The translations under genes and the position numbers were made by a program. Under the pieces are notes generated by a model. It searched no databases, was not told where the DNA came from, and worked only from the letters and a program-made list of their open reading frames with translations. Shown piece by piece: positions 46,181 through 53,624 of a stretch of 53,624 nt of DNA (positions within the stretch are counted from its first letter, which is position 1; each line of letters opens with the position of its first letter). Where the stretch lies: the sequence record DRR378314_1513. One strand, written 5' to 3'.

Positions 46181-46215
46181 AAAAAGGTCCCGGCTCCGCT
46201 AACCGGCGCCGGGAC
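46180..46215 (-). terminator. Terminator between convergent esterase and TBDR genes
   Basis: GTCCCGGC ... GCCGGGAC stem preceded by an A tract (a U tract on the minus strand). Confidence 0.65.
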
Positions 46216-46240
46216 ATTGGCAGTCCATCTGAGAAAAAAC

Positions 46241-48454
46241 CTAGAACTTGGCAGAAAGCGAAACGCCGGCTGTCCGGGGCGTGGAATGAATGCCTATGAA
46301 CCCACCGCTCGACGCCAGATAGCTCCCATTGTTCAGGATGATTTCGTCGGTGGCATTGTTGACAAAAGCACGAAGCTGGTAGTTGCCAGACGTATCGGTC
46401 AACGTCGCTGACAGGTTTATGTTCGTGTATTCAGACTGCCTCAATTCCGGATAGTCGATGAAGGCCAGCTTGTAATCTGCTGAGTGAAAAACATCTCCGC
46501 GCAGGCGCACGCTGCCCAGAAAGCCGGAATTTATGGGAATGTTCCACTCCGCCCCGAAATTTGCAGTGAACTCGGGTGCCCGGATCAATTCTTCCCCAGT
46601 GAGGTCGACAGCGGGCGTCCCAGGCAGTGCCTGATCGGTTGTGATCAGGTCGGTATATTCCGTGTCCAGAAGCGAGACGCCCATATTGAAAGCAATATTA
46701 TCCGTCGCAGCATATATGAGTTCGCCTTCCAGCCCGATCAGCTCCGCATCCCCATTCTCAACCAGGGTCGTCGCAGGCGGAATGGTGATGGTCGCTTGCA
46801 GATTCGTGTAGTCATAGGAAAAGAGCGCGGCGTTCGCAGTCAGAGCCCCATTCATCCATTGTGACTTGATGCCAAGTTCGTACGCATCCAGTTCTTCGCT
46901 GTCGAACAATTGCGGCAAACTCAGCTGGTGTCCGCCTGATTTAATGCCCTTTTGCCAGTTCGCATAGACATTCACATTGTCACTGACGTCGAACTGCATA
47001 CCGAGCTTCGGCAGCACGTCTTCGGAATCGATGTTTCCAGCCGGAGATGGCGCATCAAAGAATGTGAACTCTTTTTCCTCTGCATTGAAGCGCAATCCGG
47101 CATTGATGCGCAGCCGGTCCGACAATGCATATGTCACATCGGCGAATGCTGCATAGGATTCTGTATCTTCAACCAGATCCCCCGCAATAACCTCGAGACG
47201 TGGCACCGTGGCCACGCCAAACAGGACTCCCGGAAACTCCACAGGCAGGCCAAGTTCAAACTCCTCGTTGAAATAGTAGGCCCCGATCAACCAATCCAGC
47301 GCACCCGTCTGGCCATACAGATTGAATTCCTGGCTGAACGATTGGGACGGCCTGGACGACCCAGTGAGATCGGCGAAGAAGAAGTCGGTCCCGTCTGCAT
47401 CAAATGAGTTCTCGACCTCATGATCGACATAGCCAGTTATGGAGCGGAAGGAGACCGTTTCCGAAATATCCCAGTTCACCCGCGCAACTGCGATGGTCGT
47501 CTCGGCATTCCCGGAATGATCGCCATCCGTGAACACTTGGTTGGGCGTCGTTGTGAAGTTCGCATTGGTCATGAACAAGGCCGCCGTTCCGGTAACAACA
47601 AATGGTTCGGATACGACCGATTGCCAACCAAAATTGCCCGTATCTTCTTCATGCTGAACAGAAAGGTCGATGGTGACGTTGTCGGACGGCACAATCTTAA
47701 GAGCCCCGCGGGCATGCCACAGATCCTGATTGCCGAGATCCTGGCCCGTGTTCAGCACCCTCACATATCCATCCTGCTTTTGTACACCGCCGCTTAACCG
47801 GAAGGACAAGCCGTTCGAAATCGGACCGGATACGACGGCATCGACTCCCCGACCGTTCCGCTCTTCAAACGTCGCAATGATCTTCCCTTCGAACGTATCG
47901 CTCGGCCCACGCGAAACGTAGTTCACCGCGCCGCCCGTCGCGTTGCGTCCGTAGAGCGTGCCTTGCGGTCCACGCAAAACTTCCACGCGCTCGAGGTCTA
48001 CCTGGCGCAATAGCGCCATTGTGGCGCGCGGGAGGAACACGCCATCGACATAAGTTGCAACGGAGGGCTCGGCCACGCCCGAATCGACTGTCGTGCCAAT
48101 ACCGCGCACCGTCACGAACGTATTTCTTCCGAACTTTCCGAATGTCAAATTCGGTATCTGCAGGGCAAGGTTTTCGACATCATCGACACCGCGCGTCTCT
48201 AGGTCTTCGCCACCAACCTGCGAGATCGAAGCGGCGACATCCTGAATGCTGGCCTCTCGCTTGGTCGCCGTGACGATCACAACCGCCTGACGGGATTCCG
48301 CTTCGGCTCCATCACCTGATTGCGCGACCGCAGGTGCGGCCAATGGCATTAGAGCAACGCCTGCCGCCAAGGCCCCGAGCTTTGCCGCAGTGGTCAATCT
48401 TCTCGCGGCGCTGGCTTCGCCAGACGCAATTGTGGTGTCTTGATTATTGGTCAT
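46241..48454 (-). CDS. TonB-dependent receptor
   Basis: VIVTATKREASIQD, VEVLRGPQGTLYGRNATGG, C-terminal F; GGAGG/GAGG RBS before ATG 48454. Confidence 0.93.
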   Translation of the reverse strand: MTNNQDTTIASGEASAARRLTTAAKLGALAAGVALMPLAAPAVAQSGDGAEAESRQAVVIVTATKREASIQDVAASISQVGGEDLETRGVDDVENLALQIPNLTFGKFGRNTFVTVRGIGTTVDSGVAEPSVATYVDGVFLPRATMALLRQVDLERVEVLRGPQGTLYGRNATGGAVNYVSRGPSDTFEGKIIATFEERNGRGVDAVVSGPISNGLSFRLSGGVQKQDGYVRVLNTGQDLGNQDLWHARGALKIVPSDNVTIDLSVQHEEDTGNFGWQSVVSEPFVVTGTAALFMTNANFTTTPNQVFTDGDHSGNAETTIAVARVNWDISETVSFRSITGYVDHEVENSFDADGTDFFFADLTGSSRPSQSFSQEFNLYGQTGALDWLIGAYYFNEEFELGLPVEFPGVLFGVATVPRLEVIAGDLVEDTESYAAFADVTYALSDRLRINAGLRFNAEEKEFTFFDAPSPAGNIDSEDVLPKLGMQFDVSDNVNVYANWQKGIKSGGHQLSLPQLFDSEELDAYELGIKSQWMNGALTANAALFSYDYTNLQATITIPPATTLVENGDAELIGLEGELIYAATDNIAFNMGVSLLDTEYTDLITTDQALPGTPAVDLTGEELIRAPEFTANFGAEWNIPINSGFLGSVRLRGDVFHSADYKLAFIDYPELRQSEYTNINLSATLTDTSGNYQLRAFVNNATDEIILNNGSYLASSGGFIGIHSTPRTAGVSLSAKF

Positions 48455-48500
48455 CCTCGTTCCTCCCATGCGGACTATTTGTGTGATGCGTTCCGCTTTT

Positions 48501-48566
48501 TGATACAAAGATTACGTTTTGTGTCTTGTGTCAACTAAGGGGTGACAATCACAACTATTTGTGTCA
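48501..48566. promoter_or_regulatory. Divergent promoter region with repeated TGA...TTGTGTC motifs
   Basis: TGATACAAAGATTACGTTTTGTGTCT and TGACAATCACAACTATTTGTGTCA. Confidence 0.45.
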
Positions 48567-48656
48567 TTCGATCGATCATGAAGAAAAGGAGAAGCGGTTT
48601 GAAACCGCTCCCGTGCCCGCAAATCAAGGTTTGCGGCGAACCACAACAAGGAAGGG

Positions 48657-50426
48657 ATGGAACGACAAATGACGGATTTTGATCTAATCATTTCAGGAGG
48701 CTTTCTGGTCGATGGAACGGGCAGCCCCGGTTGCTATGCAGATGTAGGGATCACGAATGATCAGATTTCTGAAATTGGTGATCTGCGAGGTCGGAACGCA
48801 AAGAAGACCATTGACGCCACCGGTAAGACCGTTGCGCCCGGGTTCATAACGCAGCACACCCACTATGACGCGGCTTTGTTCTGGGATCCGTACTGCCTGG
48901 ATGCCGGACGCAATGGTGTCACGACCGTCGTGAATGCCAATTGCGGCTTCGGAATTGCACCCGTTCGAATAAATGACCGTGAACGGATCATGGGCATGCT
49001 GGAAACTACGGAGCAAATTCCGGTCTCCCATCAGAAAGCAGCACTGCCGTGGGACTGGGAGTCCTTTCCAGAGTTCATGGAACGCATCCGCGGTTTGCCG
49101 AAAGGGCTGAACGTCCTGACGTATCTCCCGCTGAACCCCCTTCTCGTCTATGTGATGGGTGTGGATGCTGCAAAAACGCGAGGACCGAACACAGAAGAAC
49201 TGGCCGAAATACATCGCCTGATCAATGAAGCAATGAACGCCGGGGCCATAGGTATTTCGATGTCTGTCATGGGCGCCGAAGGCAATTCACATGTCGACAC
49301 AGACGGCAGCCCCATGCCAACCGACCTCATGGATCATGACGACATTCTGAACATTTGCCGTGCAGTCGTGACACGCGGCGAAGGCGTCATCCAGATGTTG
49401 CCCCAGATAATGTATTTCGGAGATCGTTCCATCACGCAACGTGTAGCCGAATTGGCCCGCGGGACGCGTGTGCGGGTCATACACAATGTATTCCTGACGC
49501 ATGATCTGGTGCCCCAAGTGGTCGAGGAAGACCTTCAATGGCTAGACTCCATGCGCGAAGCGGGATGCGACGTAACAGCTGGCGCCCTGATCAATCGCGG
49601 TTGGGTAGAGGCCGGAATACGGGAACTCGATACTGCCGCAGGCCAACTTCCCGCAGTCCGCAAAATCGTGGGCTGCAGTTCCGATGCCGAAGTTCTTGCA
49701 TTGATACGAGACCCCGCTTTTGTTCGCGAGTTCGAGACGCAATACGCAGAAATGGGTGCTGCAAGCGGCGCGGCGGGTCTGGAAGGCCAAACCGTCATAG
49801 CGGTCGGCGAACATCCCGCGCTTCAGAAGTTCCTCGGGAAGACCTTGGCGCAGGTCGGCGAAGAAATTGGTGTGAGTGCTGTCGCCGCCTTGCTGGACCT
49901 TGGCGTCAAATCGGATCTGGACCTGCAAATGAAGTCGCCGCCGATCGCGTCAACCACGCCGGATCAAGCGGTCCGCCTCATGGCGAATCCAGCCGTGGTC
50001 CCCGGTGGTTCAGATGGTGGAGCCCACACAAAGGCGTTTGGCATGGGGCATTACGCAACCGACCTGTTGATCTGGTTGGTACGAGAAGAAAAACTCAAGA
50101 CACTGGAAGAAATGCATTTCCAGCTCAGCTTGAAGCATGCGCGTTCGGTCGGCATTCGAGATCGCGGCGCCCTGCTGCCCGGGTTCAAGGCGGATATCCT
50201 GATCTACGATCTCGACCAACTTCACTTCGACATGAGCAAATATGAGATTGTCCACGACATGCCCGAAGGCGACTGGCGCCGCCAAGCTCGCGCAGGCGGC
50301 TACGACTGTGTTATCGTCAATGGGGAGGTCACTCACCAAGCGGACCGCCCGACTGGAGCAACCCCCGGTGCATTCGTTCGTGTGACGTCGAAATCCGCCC
50401 CTTCGCCGCTCTTGGCCGCGGAATGA
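48657..50426 (+). CDS. N-acyl-D-amino-acid deacylase-like amidohydrolase
   Basis: LVDGTGSP...ADVGI, APGFITQHTHYD, GVTTVVNANCGF, SDGGAH, RGALLPGFKAD. Confidence 0.88.
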   Translation: MERQMTDFDLIISGGFLVDGTGSPGCYADVGITNDQISEIGDLRGRNAKKTIDATGKTVAPGFITQHTHYDAALFWDPYCLDAGRNGVTTVVNANCGFGIAPVRINDRERIMGMLETTEQIPVSHQKAALPWDWESFPEFMERIRGLPKGLNVLTYLPLNPLLVYVMGVDAAKTRGPNTEELAEIHRLINEAMNAGAIGISMSVMGAEGNSHVDTDGSPMPTDLMDHDDILNICRAVVTRGEGVIQMLPQIMYFGDRSITQRVAELARGTRVRVIHNVFLTHDLVPQVVEEDLQWLDSMREAGCDVTAGALINRGWVEAGIRELDTAAGQLPAVRKIVGCSSDAEVLALIRDPAFVREFETQYAEMGAASGAAGLEGQTVIAVGEHPALQKFLGKTLAQVGEEIGVSAVAALLDLGVKSDLDLQMKSPPIASTTPDQAVRLMANPAVVPGGSDGGAHTKAFGMGHYATDLLIWLVREEKLKTLEEMHFQLSLKHARSVGIRDRGALLPGFKADILIYDLDQLHFDMSKYEIVHDMPEGDWRRQARAGGYDCVIVNGEVTHQADRPTGATPGAFVRVTSKSAPSPLLAAE

Positions 50427-50535
50427 CATCATCTTCAGGAGGCTGCCATGCGAGCTCGAATAGACTGCGAAGTATGGACTAAAATGGGTCCGGCAAGATA
50501 GTCTCCCTTTCAAGCAAAAGCCTGCGAAATCCTGT

Positions 50536-51147
50536 ATGACTGACACTACCGCTCCCGAACCTGAGTCAACACATTCCGGCGTGTCCAGAAAAACGGTGGT
50601 CGACGCTGCCCTCAAGTGCTTCAGGCAGCTGGGACCTCACAAAACATCAATGACCGACATTGCGCGCGAGGCCGGTATATCTCGGAAAACGCTTTATCGC
50701 ATGTTCGAGGACCGGCCCGCGCTAGTGAATCAGGTTCTGTTCCAATTGCTCCGAGGCATGGGATCAAAGTCTGCCGGTGCGGTCGCCAAATATCAGGACG
50801 TCAAAGAAGCCCTGATCGAAGGCTCGATCGAGAACATACGCATCGCTCAAGAAGAAGAATTGTTCCAAGCAATCATACTGAACGAAACGAGCACCCAGAT
50901 GGAGCACTTTCTGGTCCAGGGCAACGATGCCGTCCGGGCCGAGATTGTGAAAATCTGGGCCCCGGTTTTCGAGCGCGGGCGGGCAGATGGCACGCTTCGC
51001 AACGATCTGTCCGATGAACGCCTTGCGGAGATTATCCAGAACGTCCATTCGCTGGTGCTGATGCGCAAGGACGAGACCGAATCCGCTCAACGGGCGTTTC
51101 TGGAAGACCTGTTGTGGGCTGCACTTACAAATCAGTCCGCCAGTTGA
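50536..51147 (+). CDS. TetR/AcrR family regulator
   Basis: VVDAALKCFRQLGPHKTSMTDIAREAGISRKTLYRMF HTH. Confidence 0.92.
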   Translation: MTDTTAPEPESTHSGVSRKTVVDAALKCFRQLGPHKTSMTDIAREAGISRKTLYRMFEDRPALVNQVLFQLLRGMGSKSAGAVAKYQDVKEALIEGSIENIRIAQEEELFQAIILNETSTQMEHFLVQGNDAVRAEIVKIWAPVFERGRADGTLRNDLSDERLAEIIQNVHSLVLMRKDETESAQRAFLEDLLWAALTNQSAS

Positions 51148-51162
51148 TGTCGGGATAGGCCG

Positions 51163-52053
51163 TTAAGCCGAACCGAGTGCCGGTTGCCGGGCATGGCTCC
51201 ACTGCTTGGGAGACTGGCCGTAAAGACGCTTGAACTCCCGGCTGAACTGCGACGAGCTTTGATAGCCCACGTCCCAGGCAGCCTCGGACACGGTCTTGCC
51301 CTCGGCGATCTTCATGGCGGCGCTATTCAGACGCATCGACTTCACGAACTGTATGGGAGTCATCGTCGTCGCCTCCTTGAATCGCCGGTGGAACACCGCG
51401 CGGCTCATCCCAACATGGTTGGCCATGTCGTCGATGGTGACCTGTTCGCTTAGATGGCTGGACAGGTAGTCAATGGTGCGCGCGATTTCGTTGCCAACAC
51501 CGAAGGCTCGCCGCGCGGCGGCCCCTGCCTCCCCCTTTAGGAGAGCATAGTACAGCTCGCGCAGACGCCCCGAGCCCAGCATCGCCGTGTCCACCGGATT
51601 ATCGAGCAGCTCCAGCAGCCGCAACAAGGTCTGGGTAAATCCGGTATCCCATTTCGCCAGCGCCAACGCTTGCCGTGGCGAGCCGTCGTGATTGGCACCG
51701 GCGCCGGCGGTGGTCTCCATCTCAATGGCAAGATCCCGCATCATGCGTGGCTCCAGGGCGATCATCACTCCCACCAGCGGGTTGTCGTCCGATGCCTGCG
51801 GCGCCCCCGCTTCGACAGGCAGGGTCATAGGGCACAGCAGGTATTCTTCGCTGCCAAACGCGTGATGTTCGCCATCCAGGATGGCTTCTTTCACACCGTT
51901 GAGGATTGCTACAACGGTGGGCTCGTAGACGGCGGGCGCGCAGGGAACAGGCTCGGTCACGCGGAAAAGCTGCACGCCCTTCAGCGCGGTGTCGACTACC
52001 CCCGCCTCGGGGAGGCGCCGGTCGATCAGGTGTCTGATCTGGTCTTTGCTCAT
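51163..52053 (-). CDS. AraC family regulator (AraC_N type)
   Basis: VYEP N-terminal domain; MSRAVFHRRFK...TPIQFVKSMRL; VGYQSSSQFSREFKRLYG; start at ATG 52053. Confidence 0.92.
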   Translation of the reverse strand: MSKDQIRHLIDRRLPEAGVVDTALKGVQLFRVTEPVPCAPAVYEPTVVAILNGVKEAILDGEHHAFGSEEYLLCPMTLPVEAGAPQASDDNPLVGVMIALEPRMMRDLAIEMETTAGAGANHDGSPRQALALAKWDTGFTQTLLRLLELLDNPVDTAMLGSGRLRELYYALLKGEAGAAARRAFGVGNEIARTIDYLSSHLSEQVTIDDMANHVGMSRAVFHRRFKEATTMTPIQFVKSMRLNSAAMKIAEGKTVSEAAWDVGYQSSSQFSREFKRLYGQSPKQWSHARQPALGSA

Positions 52054-52219
52054 GATGCTAAACTGGCAAGGTAGATGCCGCTTTACAATACGGACGAGAC
52101 AATCAGGCATGTATTAGCGACAATTGCGCGTGTTTCCCGCACTATCCAAGAGCTATCTACCTTCCAGGAAAACGGCAGACACCCGAACAGACCGCCAGTA
52201 GCGCTGGCAGGAGACAACA

Positions 52220-53173
52220 ATGGCAGACACCACATTCGGACCCAAGGGCTGGACGCCCGAACGCCTTGGCGACCTGAGCGGCAAGACATACCTCATCACC
52301 GGCGCGAATTCGGGCGCGGGCTTTCAGGCGGCACGAACGCTTCTGAAAAAGGGCGCCAGGGTGGTGATGCTGAACCGCTCGACCGAGAAATCGAAAGCGG
52401 CCATCGCAGAGTTGAAACAGGAAATCGGCGAAGCGGCCGATGTCAGCTTCGTTCGATTGGATCTGGCGATTCTGGATAGTGTTCGCGATGCGGCTGCCGA
52501 GGTGTTGAAGATCGTGCCGCGCATTGACGCGCTAATCAACAACGCCGCCATCGCCCAAGTGCCCACCCACAAGCTGACAGTGGATGGGTTCGAGAGCCAG
52601 CTGGGCACCAACCACTATGGCCACTTCCTGCTGAACGGACTGCTGTTCGAGCGGATCGCGGAAAGCAGAGGCCGGATCGTTGTTGTGGCCAGCCTTGGCT
52701 ACAACATGGGTCTGAGAACCATCAACTTCGACGACATGAACTGGGAAGAAGGATACGGCCCGAACACAGCTTATTCACAAAGCAAACTGGCGCAGATGAT
52801 GTTCGGCTATGAGCTGCAGGACAGGCTGGCCGCTGCGGGACGCAACGATATCGAGGTTTTCGTCTGCCACCCTGGTTCGTCTGCCACCTCGTTGATCTCT
52901 ACCAGCGGCAGCCGCACCATGCGGTTTATCTGGTGGTTGATGACCAAGACACCGATGGTCCAAACCGCTGAGCAAGGGTCTTACCCGGAAGTCATGTGCG
53001 CCACCGAAAAGGCCCTGACCGAACAGCGCGCCCTCTACGGCCCCACCGGCACCCGCGAATTCGTAGGACCGGTCGGCAAGGGAACCCTGAACGCCCATGC
53101 CTATGACAAGGCGGTGATGGCGCGGCTTTGGGACGTGTCCGAAAAGGCCGTCGGATTCGAATGGTCACTTTAA
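52220..53173 (+). CDS. Short-chain dehydrogenase/reductase (retinol-dehydrogenase-like)
   Basis: TGANSGAG, NNAA, GFESQLGTNHYGHF, YSQSK catalytic motif, HPG. Confidence 0.92.
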   Translation: MADTTFGPKGWTPERLGDLSGKTYLITGANSGAGFQAARTLLKKGARVVMLNRSTEKSKAAIAELKQEIGEAADVSFVRLDLAILDSVRDAAAEVLKIVPRIDALINNAAIAQVPTHKLTVDGFESQLGTNHYGHFLLNGLLFERIAESRGRIVVVASLGYNMGLRTINFDDMNWEEGYGPNTAYSQSKLAQMMFGYELQDRLAAAGRNDIEVFVCHPGSSATSLISTSGSRTMRFIWWLMTKTPMVQTAEQGSYPEVMCATEKALTEQRALYGPTGTREFVGPVGKGTLNAHAYDKAVMARLWDVSEKAVGFEWSL

Positions 53174-53292
53174 TTCCCTGAAGGTCCCCGGCCCCGCGCG
53201 GGTCGAGTCAACCTGACGGACTGTTGCCATCTGCTTGGACGCGCGCAGGAAATACGCCATCGCAACGGGTCCTTGCATGTCCCGCCAAGGTG

Positions 53293-53468
53293 GGCGCTGT
53301 CAGACGGCTTCGAACCAGTCTCCGCTTTTCGCGGATGTACAGGTCTCAGGCGGCGATCAACGCGCGCCATTCGAGAAGAGCAGCGTCACGTAGCAATTTG
53401 AATCCGGCCCTACTCTCGATATTCCTTTGATGATTGAAGTGATTGTGCACCAACGAATCGATTGAAGC
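53293..53468 (-). mobile_element. IS6 remnant (right end plus transposase C-terminus)
   Basis: GGCGCTGTCAGAC end, and ASIDSLVHNHFNHQRNIESRAGFKLLRDAALLEWRALIAA* nearly identical to the C-terminus encoded at 39938-40642. Confidence 0.85.
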
Positions 53469-53624
53469 TTTTTCCCAAAGCCTTCGGATACGCTGAAACG
53501 AGACATTTCGTATATGCCGTAGGTTCAACCCGACAAGTACACTTCGCCTTACACAAACAAGAGTTTGCCACCCGCAATCACCGACGAAAACCGCTAGATT
53601 CTTCCTATCGACAACCAACCGAAA

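Noticed and set aside
53346-53618. 90-aa ORF as a real gene
   Set aside because: It is a chimera of unrelated sequence and the IS6 transposase C-terminus.
1-53624. CRISPR array, cas genes, rRNA or known anti-phage defence genes
   Set aside because: No regularly spaced direct repeats or recognisable motifs were seen on reading.

Overview
A 53.6-kb accessory-rich region of a high-GC alphaproteobacterium. The gene style, with four TonB-dependent receptors, suggests Hyphomonadaceae/Caulobacterales (inference). From left to right: (1) a catabolic cluster (1-7429) with a LigB/DODA-type dioxygenase end, SBF, MFS and DMT transporters, an atypical M20 hydrolase, a RutE-like nitroreductase and an amidohydrolase; (2) acnB; (3) a membrane-anchored AraC with two membrane proteins; (4) an ECF sigma/FecR/TonB transducer module plus a PHP hydrolase; (5) an RHS-core remnant missing from the ORF track, next to a decayed IS6; (6) a sulfatase/GH3/FGE/TetR/TBDR locus with four copies of an operator-like motif; (7) a phosphorus-scavenging locus (TBDR-phoD, HAD, RpiR, phnDCE) with no C-P lyase; (8) an intact IS6 that truncates a secreted protein; (9) a symmetric att-like site made of a tRNA 3' end, followed by a tyrosine integrase, an uncharacterised protein with HUH-endonuclease motifs and a palindrome-rich non-coding tract, then cargo genes (esterase, TBDR, D-aminoacylase-like, TetR, AraC, SDR) and a third IS6 remnant. 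The att + integrase + HUH + hairpin module is the strongest candidate for an undescribed system. No CRISPR array, rRNA or complete tRNA was seen. All family calls are from motif recognition; no database searches were run.
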